DNA of 64,000 nucleotides from Vicugna vicugna (Eukaryota): the NCBI GenBank assembly GCA_013265495.1, contig MU058000.1, forward strand, positions 124,001 to 188,000, read 5' to 3'. Each line of letters begins with the position of its first letter. Position 1 is the first letter of the stretch. The notes beneath the pieces are model-generated. The model ran no database searches. It was not told the DNA's origin and saw only the letters and a list, made by a program, of their open reading frames with translations. This document shows positions 25,730 to 39,499 of the stretch, piece by piece. The translations under genes were made by a program, and so were the position numbers.

Positions 25730-28700
25730 TATTTAAGGGGGGAAAGTCTAAGAAAAACCTGAAATGGCAACAATTATTTTAACATTCACTCTTAAGAGAA
25801 TACACACATAGTCAGTGCATAGTCACTGAGTTAAAATGAAGAGTACCAGCCATCAGTGTGACTATTGCATGCCATTTTTAAGTGAAAATGCTGCTGCTAG
25901 AAATCACATTTTAATTTATTCTGGGCTTGACAGATCAAGTAAGGAGAGTTATTTTTGGGGGGAGGCAATAGCATATGCACTATAAAAAAGATGTATTTTA
26001 AACTTTTTATAATGAGGTTAGTAACCTGCCCTGAGCTGTATATAGTCCTTTGCTATTTGGTCACAATGGGATATACTTTAGAATTTATGAGTAAACCAAA
26101 GCCAGTTCATTAGCATCACTGGAGATGGGCAAATATCGGTAGGCTAAGTCAGGAAATGAAGGCTAAATGGATAGTTGGTATCTGAATCCCTGATCATCAA
26201 CAGTCTATTTGACTTAGCTGAGCCAATCAGCTAACCACATGGTTTCATCCATCCCATCTAAGAGATGAAACAGAGGCTCATAGGTCTAAACACTCAAGAG
26301 GTTTTCTGCCTCTGGTAAGTATAGCTGTATAGATCTAGTGACTTTATCACAACAATGCAGCATGCTCCAAGGATGCTTTAAATTTAGCTAGCCTACAAAA
26401 AAGCACAATACTGGCATAAAAACATAATGAGAGTCTCTATTGCTTCTGAGTCTAAGAAACATTAAGAGTATAGACTAATTCTGGAATCTTCCCCGGGACC
26501 GAAGGGCCAAGATGGACATATAATTTTCAAAAAGAAAATCCGCAATGAGGACCTCCTTTCATCACTGTTTTATAAACACAAAGCCTGTCTTCTGGGAAAA
26601 AAAATCCACTCAGCTTCACCCGGAGACCACTGCAGGGCATTTTTCCTGTCAAGGTTAACTTGGTTTAATCAACACTCACAGTTTACCTGCTGCTTCCTAT
26701 ATGAAGGATATAAAATAAAATGCAGATGTGTCCCTTTTCTCCTCTATGCACTTCCACATGACAACCCATTACATATAACAAACTGTCATTCTTTTTTTTT
26801 AAATAATTAAGAGAAATAATTTCAGATATATTCTTTTTCCAAGCTTCAAGATAGTAAAATGAAAGGAAAAGGCTTTTTTTTTAACCACCATAAAAGATCA
26901 GCATTTCATGGAATCCTTCTAAAAATTAAAACAAAATAGAAAAAAAATCAAAGCAACTTCAAGAGTGCAAAACCAAGAAAAGCTTTAAAATACAGCATAA
27001 GTAGACTTTGAATATATGAATGCATCAATGGTCTATACATAAAATTGCATGTTACCTATTAAAAGCCAAAGTTACTCTATATTTTAAAAAACTTTAGAAT
27101 GAATGATATTAGTGCAACTTACAGTGGTTTCCCCACATCTAGTGTTTAACTTAGCTGTCAGTAGATACCTATAGTCAAACTTTGTTAACTCTTCTCACTA
27201 GCAGCTTAAGAGCCCCATTCTACTTCAGGGTTCAAAATAACAAAACAGAAATGCTGAAAAGAAAACCACAGCAAGGCATGAGGATTTTATCTAAAAAGTT
27301 GTCAGTAAGAAAACCCAACTTTTGACTTATCAAGAAAAGCCAGTTTAAAGGGATGTATCGTTTCCTAGCCTAGAGAGAGTATCCAGTAATATTCTTCATT
27401 ATCTGCTTTTCACTTGGGGACTGGAACATCAGAAGCAGAAACTATCACAAAATTTAGGAACAGAGTCCAAGTGTGTGCTCCACATTTCTGATCTGTTCCC
27501 TCATCCACTACCATTGCCAGATAGAGGCCCCCGGCAGCCAGCTGTGCTTCTGTACCTTCCTTCTGCTCTGTTCTCAGGGTGGCGGTTTGGTCTGTGGTAT
27601 TGCTTGTTATGAGGCCATCACTGACTACTGTGCTTCCATTCAGTGCTATTCAGGAAAGGCTGAGGTTGCACTGAAGTGGGAAGCGTGCACTGGAAAATGC
27701 AGCCTGAGAGACTAGATAGGTGTTTTGCTTAAAGTCCCTACAAACACTTCCAGTCAACAGTACAAAGTTAATATCAAAAAAAAAAAAAAGTCTGATTTAC
27801 CCTTTATATTTCAGGTCACAAAGCAAGGCAATGAGACTTCTCCCCCCACCTCTTCAAAATGAAGAATCACTGCAAGGCTGCTGCTTTAATGCACAAGGTA
27901 ACGTGGTGCACAGGTGTGCGACTGTAGAGCAAGACTGCAAACCAAGTGAAGGGTCAAAGGCAGAGTTATCTCTTTCCTGGGACTGCTCAGTTCCACAGTG
28001 AAACTGCTGATAACGGGTAGCAAGACTTCAGTGAATGACATCTAGACTGGGGACAACTAAAAGTTATCTGAAGATAATATAACAGCTATGATCGTGGTTA
28101 GGGACAATGCAAATGACAATCGATGTAATTTAAAAGATTGACCGTCCCCCAAAAGAGATGCAGGAACAGGAGTTGAGCAGTAAGGGGAAAAAGCCAACAA
28201 CTCAGAAACCATCACACCGTATTTTTTTCAAGGATTTACATTTTAAGAAAGAAAGTACATGTCTCCAGTTTTGAGGCTAGTCATATATCAGCTGAATATG
28301 CTCTGAACTCTTATGCAAATCATAGCGCAGTGGTGATTATGGCGTAATTTATGAGTAGGTTTGTGTCAAGCACATTCTGTAAAACAATAGGGTATGCTTT
28401 TTTTTTTTTTCAGGTTGTGTATCTTACTGCCACCAAACATAGCTGATCTAATAAGACTCTGAGATTAACATCTCCTTTGTTTCCCTCAAGTGTACACATC
28501 TCTTGGGTTTCCAGGTAAAGCATGTTCACAAGGAAACCCACGTAACCACAGAAGCTTTTGTTCAGTCCTTCCTCTTGAATATCTGACTTGCAGCACGAGA
28601 CTGTTGACTGTCATGCACATCACACAGCTGGGTCATTTAATGGCACCAGAGTCCATCTTGGGAATTAAATTACTTACCTTTCAAATCCCAATAATCCACA

Positions 28701-30020
28701 TCCTAACTTACATGCAGAGTCACTTACTCAATTCTTTTCAGGAGTCAAAGCATAATGAACATTACATTAGAGACTCCCTCTCTCTTTCATTCCCATACTC
28801 CTTCTGTGGGCTACTGTGTACAGTTCTCTCTCGACCTTCCATACTAAAAAGAGAGGCTGCTAAGAATGAATAATTAAGACATAAACAAATTGTTTTAAAA
28901 TATACTTGGCTGACAAAGCCCAGGCTTTTCTTGCTTCTTAATTCAGTCTGACTAAGCTGAGAACTATGAATAATCTCCATTTTATAATATACAAGTACCA
29001 GTAGGAAGGGAAATGTGGTCAAAGGATTTAAAAGTAGCCTTAAATTATCTGTACTCCCATAATCAATGGTGCATTATATGTGACTATATTTCACAATATC
29101 TTTGAAAACTGAGGACAAAACCCCAACAATTTAGTTTTAGTTGAACTTCTAGGAAGCGTACCTGAAGGCTGACTTACCCTGTATGTCCTACAGTAAAGCA
29201 GATGTATGTTGACTATTCAGCTCCACATACCCTAAATATTCTACCTATGAGATACTTAACTGCTTCTTCTTCAAATTGAGCGTCATTCTGATTTTTCAGT
29301 ACAGTCTGACTAGCATCTTCCAAAGGTGGCATATTAAACAGTAGCTTTGGCTGTGTAAGAGAGATGTGAGTAAAGAAAAAGAGTTGGAAAGCTCTACTCT
29401 CTTAAAATAAGTTAAAGCACTATACATAGTAATAGCTATAAAAATAACACTAATAGGATTATAATCACTTCAGATGATTTTTAAAGTTTTTGCATTTACA
29501 GAGAATAACATCACGTAGGACTTTTAAAATATTCTCTCAAATAACTGCTCACCCAAACTGAAATCAGAAATTTTAAAGAAATCATACTTGAAGTTTAAAT
29601 GGTTTTACTCTTCAGGATTACAAATAAAGCGTAGTGATTCATTTTCAAAATATCCCCAGTTATCCTGCTTTCAAAATCATCCCTAACTTATCCTAAATTC
29701 CAAAGTCTATGAAACAAAGGAATAAATAAGATGTGGGCTTATTAACAGACACACCTGGGCAGTTGTAGCCAGTAATGAAAGCTACATTTAACACTCACCA
29801 CCTTACCTGTGATGGACCACTGATGGGCAATTTTAGGAGTTCCTGACTAATTACCAAATATTATACTTTCCTTCCATTTGCAAAATTAATAAAAATTCTA
29901 CCAACAGATATTTATTCTTTGAGGAAGAACTCAAAACTTTACTCTTTGATTCCTCCCACTCCAGTTCATCTTCCAAAAGACATTGTGGAGACATAATCAT
30001 TAAACCAGTTAATTCCAAGG

Positions 30021-30348
30021 CAAGGTTCAGCAAAGTAGGACAGTAGGTCACTCCAATCTGCTGTCTGTTTTTTATAGGTCCACAAGCTAAGAATGATTTT
30101 TACATTTTTATTCGTTTGACAAAAATCAAAGTCAAAATAATATTTCATGTGAAAACTATGTAAAATTCAAATTTCAGTTTTCATAAATACATTATTATTG
30201 GAACATAGCCCATTCATTTCTTGACACACTGTCTAGGACAATTTTCATTCTATGACATCAGAGTTGAGTCATGGTGCGAGAGCATACGGTCTGTAAAAAT
30301 GAAAATATTTAGAATCTGGTCCTTTACAGGAAGTTTGGCAACCCCCTT
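30021..30348 (+). mobile_element. MER58B-like hAT-Charlie DNA transposon
   Basis: TIR-like ends caaggttcagcaaa / tttggcaaccccctt; 8-bp TSD ttccaagg (30013-30020) / ttctaagg (30349-30356); internal aaaatatttagaatctggtcctttacagga. Confidence 0.85.
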
Positions 30349-30679
30349 TTCTAAGGTGTTGCCTTCTATAAGAATTACTTCTGGCCTCACAGAGATCACC
30401 CTGAGGCAAACCCTGTAAGTTTCTAAAAGGGAAGAATAAAGTGAAACATACAGACCAGGGATAAGAAATTTAGATGGGAACAGAGAAATTTTAAATTTTA
30501 TTTTAAAATTTATAAGTTGTATGTACATGAACACTTATGCTCAGAATATAAACCATTCCTCAGGCCATATAAGTTTCTTCCTTTTGTCCTTTATTCCTTG
30601 TTTCCATCATTTTTTCTTTCCTTCCAATACCCTTCCCTACCCTCTTCATTGCTTCCTTTCTTTCTCCCTCCCTCCCTTC

Positions 30680-31085
30680 CACTCATTTATTCATTTAATT
30701 CATCCATCCATCCATGTTTACTGAGACAGACATTATGTTAGACACTGGGTACACAGTTATCAACAAGGAAGATAAGGCCTCTCTGCCTTCATGGAGCTCA
30801 CATTCCAAAGGAGAAGACAAAGACATGAAAAAAGAAGATACCCAGGAAGTGTGATCGGGTGGGGGGCGGGGGGCTAAGGGCAGAGGTTTGCTTGAGACAG
30901 TTTGCTCAGGTTAAGTCCCCACAAAGGGGTGACATCTGAATCGAAACTCTAATGGGTGAAAAAAAGTTGTCATTGAAAGAGTCAAGGGAAAAGTATTATA
31001 GAGAGAGCAAGCAGCAAATGTCAAGTTTCTGGCATAGGAAAGAGCTTGCTTAATTTAAGGAACAAAAGGGACACCAGTATGTGTG
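30680..31085 (-). mobile_element. L2 3' remnant
   Basis: catttattcatttaattcatccatcc...tttactgag...ctgccttcatggagctcacattc. Confidence 0.7.
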
Positions 31086-31139
31086 TTGTGGCGGTTAATG
31101 AAAACATATCTTTAAATTACCAGTATCATAAAAATCAAC

Positions 31140-31360
31140 ACTGTTTATTAAAAGCTTATTATTTTCAAAATTATATTGGGTTCTTTTCACACATGTTCTC
31201 ATTTAATGCTCACAAAACTCTGGATAGATGAAAATTATTTATGTGATTCATTTAAGTTCAGAGAAACAGACTCAAAGGGATATGTATTAAATTCTACACT
31301 GTCATTAAATACTTGCACTTAGACAGTAATCCAGGTCCACCTGACTCAAGAGTCCATACT
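31140..31360 (-). mobile_element. MIR remnant
   Basis: tctcatttaatgctcacaaaactct...gagaaacagactcaaagg...atccaggtccacctgactcaagagtcca. Confidence 0.6.
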
Positions 31361-32999
31361 AACTCTCAGAAACAAATTAAGGGTCACATTAAAAATACTT
31401 TCTATAAAATGTATGTATGTATGTATGTAATAGCTGTACAAAGTGGAGCTAGTAGAAATGTATGTGGACAGCGCAATTTTATAAGCAAACAGACAATAAA
31501 TGCTTTTTTATTACCATCAGAGCTATGCTTTTGTGTGTGGCGGAAGTTAGAGGAAAACACTGGAGAACTGTTCTGGAGCCTTTTCTCAAAATTACACGTG
31601 CCGGAACAGCATTCCAAAACCTTATTTTTAACAGATGTCAGGTAATAGTGTAACGAAACACTTACTATATCACAATAAAATTTAATGCTCAAATAAAAAC
31701 CACTATTTGTATGCACTTTTATGTTTATTTCACTGTATAATAAAACCGATTATATTTTTGGCATCTGCCTTTCTTAAGTAAGTTGCAACTCCTCGTGACT
31801 TCTGGATCTGATATTAGGCCAGCTGAAACACACATAGTCAACAAACACCACTGGGGAAATAGCAGGAGAAAGGAGAAAGGAAAGCAAAGATCTACAGTTC
31901 ATTAGCTGTGATGCTGTGCAGTTAAACGGCACCTCTATTGTGCTGATCTCCCAATTCTTTTAGATCTGAGCTGCAGGAGTTTAGATTCATCACTAAGCTC
32001 ATAAATGGCCTCCACCTCCACCCCTATTCCATTTGTGACAAATTTATTAGTTCTTTGTAACAGTGAAATGAGAACTCAGGATTTCAATTACAACCAGAAT
32101 GTAGTAAAGGCGTAGAGTACCTTGTAGGTAATATCTTTGTATTTCATTTTATGAACAAATATGGAAATACTGTTAACAGGCATTAAATGTTATTTATTAG
32201 CATGCTAATAAGCGTCACACTTTGAAAAGTAAACACTGAACGTAAACTTAGAATAGTAAGCGTCATGCAGATACTCTGGAAAAGGAATGTACTTCAGAAT
32301 TAATTCTCTAAAACCAAAATAATCACTGATTATGATAAAAAGACAAAAATATAAGAGGAGATGCTTATTAGTCATTCTTTCAGCTCATTTTAGTTTTATC
32401 ACTTTTTGCGCAATTTAAAATTTATGCAAATGTTTTCAGTGTTCTCTTTTATTTTTGCCAGAGTATTTTGAACCTGGTTTAAAACTGAAATTGAAGAAGC
32501 CTAAGGAGGGCTTTAATAACAACTTTCTTCAGTCTGTTTATTTAAAACATGATGAATAAGCAAAAAGAAAAGGTGCAGAATTGAAAAGGAAAAATGATCC
32601 TTTCTCCTTCCTAGAAGTGCTCAAGATTATTACTGGATTGTTCAACCTCTTGCACCAGGAATTAAAATCTGCCAACAGACAAATATAGATATAACACTGT
32701 CTAGTCACCACAGTCATGAAAGCTTGGAGGCTAAGGGTTTATAAAGAGGCAAGAAGAAGTTTCATTAACATTATGACCTCAGAGTCTCCTGACTTATTTC
32801 ATGCACTTTCTCAAAACTTTTCCAGTTTCGTAGTCTTTTTTTCTTAAGGAAGTAGGGGGTCGTTAGTATTCTGGCTGCTAACAAATCATTCTTGTAGGAA
32901 AAAAAAAATGGAAGAAATGTAAAGAAAAAAAAAGTCAGGAATCTAAACAAAGATAAAAAGTGTAGAAATTCTGTTCTCCATAAGCTCGTGAGTCACTTA

Positions 33000-33210
33000 A
33001 GTACAGTGGCATAGAAGACAAACAAATTCTAACACAAGTACTAACCCTGCCACTTACTGGCTGAGCAAGCTACGGGCTTCAGCTTTTTCACTTGGAAAAT
33101 GAGAATTAAAGTATCCATCATACAGAACTGTTGCAAGGAATAAATGACATGTATTTAGAAGTTTTAGCACAGTGTATAACACAAAGAATTGCTTAGTAGC
33201 TATTAATCTC
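33000..33210 (+). mobile_element. MIR remnant
   Basis: ctgccacttactggctg...gcttcagctttttcacttggaaaatgagaatt...ttgcaaggaataaatga. Confidence 0.6.
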
Positions 33211-33657
33211 ATTCATTAATAAGTCAGAAGGTGACCTTTTTTTTCTCCTTTAATATATAGACCATCACCCTTTGGGGTCGATTTATCACAATCTTGATAG
33301 GAATTAGCAAATGCTAAATAAACTTTTGTTAATAGATTGAAACAAAACATTAGTGAGTTTTCAGGGTCCCAGACTGGGGAAATCCTCTGTTTCTTTCTGT
33401 CTTGGAAAATCAGACAGAGGTGGGAACGGGAGATAGCCCTTAAGGGACAGAACTACAGTTTCTTTCAGTGATCTCCTATTAATACTCAGGACCTCAGATT
33501 TTTGTTTTATGAGTCAATGGAAACTGTTTGAATCGGAAATGTATTCTTGCTGAGCGTCTGTTTCCAAATCTGTTGTACATCACAGTCATTACTTAGACTA
33601 TTGCTTTTCACAACTGTCCCTGTTATCAGGAGATGAAAGACAAAACAGAAAACACAG

Positions 33658-33986
33658 TGTTACGACCTACATGTGTGTGTCTCCCCAAAATTCATAGGTT
33701 GAAATTCTAATCCCCAATGTCATGACCCTATGAGGTGGGGCCTTTGGGGGTGATTAAGTCATAAGGATGGAGGCCCTTATAAAAGAGACACTAGGGCGCT
33801 CTCTGCTCTCTGCCTGCTAGGAACCAGGAAGCAGGCCAGACACCGAATCTGAATCTGCCAGCACAAATACTGAATGCAGTGAATCTTATACTTCTCAGCC
33901 TTCACAACTGTGAGAAAGAAATGCTTCTAGTTTGAGTCACTCAATCTATGGTATTTTTGTTACAGCAGCCCGAACAGACTAAGATA
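33658..33986 (+). mobile_element. MLT1A-type MaLR solo LTR
   Basis: tgttacgacc...ccccaaaattcataggttgaaattctaatccccaatgt...tatggtatttttgttacagcagcccgaacagactaagata; decayed 5-bp TSD cacag/tacgg. Confidence 0.85.
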
Positions 33987-36900
33987 TACGGTTATCTGTC
34001 CAAAGTCTGAGGCCGATCTAGGGAGGTGATATGAGGAGAACAAGCAGACATGCGTTATGAAGCATGGTCTTGACGTGATCACTTCAACTGCAACCCAAAT
34101 GCAACCGCCCCAAATTGGACGGTGACAGCTGACTCTGGAAACATGATTACAAACTCCCAAACAAGCTCAACGCTGCAAAACATCATAACATATTTAGATG
34201 GTTTCCATTTTTCACAAGAAAATGTAAACAGCTCTTTACATCAGGCCCAATGCCCAAGGAGCCCAGAGCTTGGACTCTGACGAAGGCACCAAGGGATGTT
34301 TTCTAGAAGTGTGACTTTTTACAGTGTCAAATGCAAAGGAGATGGTGTATGGAGACAGATAAAATAAATCCCCTCCTCCCGCTTGTGGGAACAACTGATA
34401 AAATCTGTGACACATACTCAGTTCACATTCACTACCAAGTTTCTTAGTAAACATCCTGTCACAGGGTAAAATTTGGGCTTTTGAGTTCAAAGGTTACACT
34501 TTGTCTTTGCATTTTTTAAATGTTTCCAAACAGCATCTGCTTTTAAGAAGCTTTTTAAGAAGCTTGATTCAAGGAGACTGCTGAATCCTGAAGACTTGTG
34601 CTCTGCATCACTTTGGATAAACAGAACCAGGCATGGTTTTATTTATTTTATTCCCCAAAGAAAATGATCTAGTCAATCAACTTCGATATACTCAGACACA
34701 AGACTACTTCAATCTCAGGTATTCTATTTTCCAGTTTTATTCTGTCATAAATTTGGAATGAAAATTAAGTTGCAAATTTCAGGTAAAATAGGGTGATAAA
34801 ATTTAATGATCACTAAAATTTCAAGTGGAATCTATTTTACTGAGCTTGCTTCTCTGCTCTCCTGAGGTCTCCTGATGTAGTAAATTGAAGTGCGCAAATC
34901 TAATTGGCTGAGACCCTGCTTGACCCTTATACAGACTGCCAACATTTTATCTCTGTTGAGACCTCATACTAAGTTTAAGGCTTGGTAAGCCTCTTCACCT
35001 TTTGAGAAAATAGAGATTTTAATGAGCCACTAAGCTGCCTCTCCCTGCAAGGGTCAAAGTGTTGTCCAACCCTCCATCCCCCATGTTCACCCGTGTTTTG
35101 TTTTCTTTAAGTCATTGTTTAGGACACTTCAGAAAAAGAAATGGAGATACACAGCGATCTGCCTACATTTTGAGGAATGCATCTCGGAAAGAACAGTAGG
35201 TGTGCATCACACTTCGGTTTCCTGAATTACAGAAGTTCCATCAGAGCTCTCAGGAGTCATCCGCAGGATGAGCAGGATGCTGGATTTACCTTTCAGTTTA
35301 ATAAAGCCTTAAATAGTCAACTTATTCAAGCTGGGACTTCTAAAAATGTACTTTAGTATCTCCCAGGGAAATCAGAGTTTCTGGGGAAATTTAAGAATTT
35401 TTTACCAATCCGTCAACTCTTCTGGTGATCCACTGTTAGAACGAAGCATCCCATTTTACCTCCACTTTCCCCTCCAAAGGAACTCAGGGGCTCTTAGCTG
35501 CCCCATCCCTGCTTTCTACTCACAGTCTTTAAAATCCCCAAACCAGTATGTAGTTTGAAAATTCAGGTTTGGGCATTCTACAGTCAGGCAGAAATGACTG
35601 ACAGCAAAACTGCAGAAGTTATCCAGTTGGTCTGTCCCTAGCCCAGCGTGTCACCTGGTGTTTTACTAGGAGGACTGGCCATCTACTGGAGCTACTGAGA
35701 TGTTAATGTTCTATACTGTCAGCCTCTGCCAGGGCGGTTCATTCACCCATGTCAGTTTTCTGTCTTTGGTGGTTTTCCTTGCCCAGTTTATTTCCAACGA
35801 TGTGACTGCCAACTCTACACTGGAATTCTTTTCCATATTATAATACACCCATATTAATATTTATTAGATTTGTTCCAAAAGAAATTCAAGCTCTATTTTT
35901 TTTCTTCAAAACACCACACTGCCATAGGCTACTCTGTAAGTAGGTGAAATGAAGTAATGACTGAGGAAAAGATTATCTTCTCCTTCCAGCTCATTTTCAA
36001 TTTCAATTTTGCCTAAGCACTATTTAAATGACAAAAACAAAATCAAACACCTGCCCCTCCCATCCCAAAATATTTCTAAAAAATAAGTCAAATTATTGAA
36101 ATGGAAGATGTCAGACTATTTTTAAAAGCTATCTAGGAAAGAAATTATATATAATTATGAGTCATATGAAAAATAACAATAATGCCACTTAACGTCCTTC
36201 TAGGGCATAGCTTCTGAAAAGTTTCAGAAAAAATACATTATTTCTTTAAAATACACAAACTCAAATTTTTACAACTTTTCAATGAAGGATTCAGCTCATT
36301 TCTCATGAACGTATTGATACTGAAGAAGGTGTCTAAAAATACTTATGACATTTAGATCATAGATCCTATAATTAAAATGGTCCCTTTTTCCTCTTAAAAA
36401 ATGAGACTGATGTTCACGTGAAGCCCACAGAGTCAATTTTATTATTGCCACATTATAACATTTTTACTTTTTTCACTATATTTAATAGTTATCCAAAGAC
36501 CTAATACTTCCTTTAGCATAATCTGGCTAATATCTGAATTGAAAATCACGGTTGCCCAGTGGAGGAGAGCAGAAAAGAAGAGAGAAGAGGAAGGGGAGGG
36601 CGGGAGGAGGAGGAAGGGGAGGAGGCGGTGGGGGGTGATCCTGAAGGAAGGCCTCCATGAAGGCAGAGATGTTTACTGTTTAAATGACCAGCATGCAGCA
36701 TTATGTCTGGCACAAAGTAGGTGCAAATAAATAGTCCATGTGTGGAATTCACATTTATTGAGGACCTGCCAGGAACCAAGGTTTATTCATTTCTTATCAT
36801 AGTTAATCCTCTTAAGAATTCTATGAAGTCAGCATTATTGTCGTCCTCAATTTTTAGATTTGAATACCGTCTCAAAATGACCCAAAGATGGCCTAGTCAA

Positions 36901-37650
36901 AGAGGAAAGTGAATAGGAAAAATCATGTTGACAATTACCTATTTTTAATCTCATTTAAAATAAAATGAAAAAATCAGATGATGGTAAACTGGGATATTGG
37001 GAAAAGAGGAGGGGCATACGCATTTTCCAGATACTGTATTAAGTAACCGTTACAGGGAGCACTTTGAAGCTTTTCATAACTAAGTGTGATACTCTTTTGG
37101 TGTGCTTTGCATTCTGGGGTTCACAAAGTGATCTGGCGAAAAGCAAGAACTGGATGCAAGGTGAACTAGGCAGGTCATTTAAAAAATAAAAACAAACACA
37201 GCAACACCTACCACTGTCAGCCATCACAGTCAAGTGTCAGTTACTGAATGGTTTTCAGCTATGTTGAGGAAAAACGGATTACCTTTTGTGTCTATTTAAA
37301 ATGTTTTGGCTGATCCAGCGGATTAAAGAAGGGATTTGCTTGTTTGAATGTACCTCAAACCCATATGCAAATAGGACTCTGATACTGCGTCACACATTTA
37401 CAGTCACTTTATTCTTTAAGAAGAGCGGCACATGATGTAACTGCAAACAAATGTCACACACACATGCACACACAGACTGGAAACACTCTCCTGTCTGCTG
37501 CCACCCCAACCTCAGCATTTTATCCTTTTCTGTCCCTGCAGATTCCTTCCACTCATGCCAAATCGCTCACTTACTGACCTTCTGTTTCAATACTACCTTC
37601 AAGGAGGGAGGGAGAACAGAGCAGGGCAGAGAGAAGGAGGGACAGTGAAA

Positions 37651-37676
37651 GTGTGTGTGTGTGTGTGTGTGTGTGT
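37651..37676 (+). repeat. (GT)13 microsatellite
   Basis: Direct count. Confidence 0.95.
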
Positions 37677-38139
37677 TTGTTTACAGGAATGCTAGAACTT
37701 AGAAGTCACCTTCCAATTTTTAAACAAAAATGAATTCTAAGACAGGGATGGTGGGTTTTTTTTAATGGGGAGACCTTAGAGATAACCAGGAAAATGTGCT
37801 ATGTAAGTAAGAGACCAGTAGGATGGCATTTATTTATTTAGTCAACAGAAATTTACTGAGTACCTACTATGATACATAGTGGATGTCTGCAAAAACGCAT
37901 GACTTGTTAACATAGATATGATAGGAAATTACAAATTATTATTTTAAAATAAATTTTTATTTTAAAACCTAAATCCCTTGGATTCAAGGAAAAAATATGT
38001 ACTCAGTGTTACTGATTATTTTCTCCTTGAAATATTCTTTGTTAAGCGGCATGACACTGTGCCGTCTAGAATTTATTTTCTTTAGGTCTTAGCCTCCTTT
38101 ATAGGATTTTCACTCCTAGACTGTTACTTAAGTTACTTA

Positions 38140-39282
38140 AGTGTTAGTGTTCCCTAGGGTTCTGGCTTAAGTTTTTGTTTCTTTAGGCTACATACTTCCC
38201 TTGGGAACTCTCATTGCTCCCATGACTTTCATGACTTTGAGCACCACTTATACGATATGGAGACCAGATCTGACGACTCCAAGTTCTGCAAGTCCAGCTC
38301 AACACACGAACCCCACTCTTGACATTGCTACCTGGATATTTCAAGGCACCCAAATTCAAAATGTCGCAAATTGAACTAATCAACTTTCCTTTATCTCACT
38401 GAGTAGGACAACCATCTACAAAGTTGCTCCATCAAGAAACCTGAGTCATTCTTAACTCCTTCCTATTTACTTCCTAACAACCAATCTCAAAGTTCCCCAC
38501 ATTTTTAGATCCTAAAATATGTTAAGAAACCATCCTCCTCTTCACACTGCCTGCGGTGACCCAATCCAGGTCATCATCATCTCTTGCCAACATTCTCACA
38601 AACATTTGCTTAATCGGTCTCCCTGGTTTCATTACTGCCTGCCCCGAATGATTTTAGACTTCACAGCCAGTTACTTATTAAAAGTGAAAATGCGACAATA
38701 TTGTTCTCTTGTTTCAAACCCTTTACTGGTTTCCCATACACTGCAGGTAAAATGCCAACTCCTTTAGACCTCCATGTACCTTACAAGCTCTTGTCTCGCC
38801 TCTCCTCTCTCAGACCCTACATTCCGCCATAGTGAAATTCTCTCAGTTCCTTAAATATGAAACCGATGCTTTCTTTTACCTCAGACCTTGTCATGCCCCT
38901 TCCACTGCCTAAAATTTTTCTGATCTTTACTGCAAAACCACCAATGCTAACTCCTGGTTACCATTTAAATATTGGCTTCCTTTGGGATGCCTACTTAGAT
39001 TGCCAGTCCACCCCTGCTCACCTTACCCACCTTCAACCCTCTATACTTGTACCCAAACTAGCCTTATCGTCACCAAACATAGGTGTTGCTATATGTTCCC
39101 ACAATGATGTAAACAACCCCTCTAATATCACTTTAAATCTTTTACAATAAACCCATACTTAAAATTCTTTTCCGTTAATTCTAGCACAAAGGGCAACAAG
39201 CCCTTTAGTATAAGCAGCTTGCCCAGCACGGTGCCTTGCACAGGACTGGTGCTTGATAAATATTTGTACAATGAGTAAATGG
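38140..39282 (+). mobile_element. L2 LINE remnant (RT C-terminal region through 3' end)
   Basis: gtgttccctagggttctg, cttgacattgctacctggatatttcaaggcacccaaattcaaaatgtc, gaaacctgagtcattcttaactcctt; ends gtgcttgataaatatttgtacaatgagtaaatg. Confidence 0.8.
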
Positions 39283-39499
39283 AGCACCTTTTACTTACAG
39301 GAAACTGGGAAGTGTTTAGGGATAAATACCCTTAAGGAGGATACCATTAAATGCAGAATGTCTGTTATACATAATTGTATGATGATAATGAGTAAATAAA
39401 ATTGACTCCAATTTGGATACACAGGGATTTGTTCACACTGTAAATTGGAATTAAATATTTAGCTCTCTCCTTCTGGGATAATCTAATCCACACTAAACA

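Noticed and set aside
28490..28873. Longest ORFs (127 aa here; 126 aa at 41568-41948; 125 aa at 58429-58806; 107 aa at 12329-12652)
   Set aside because: No recognisable homology, non-ATG starts or low-complexity F/L/S-rich composition, some inside repeats; lengths expected by chance in 64 kb.
34540..34566. Small tandem duplications (tttaagaagctt x2; also catgacttt x2 at 38221, aacagacct x2 at 43411)
   Set aside because: Ordinary slippage duplications; no spacer-repeat periodicity, so not CRISPR-like or an array.
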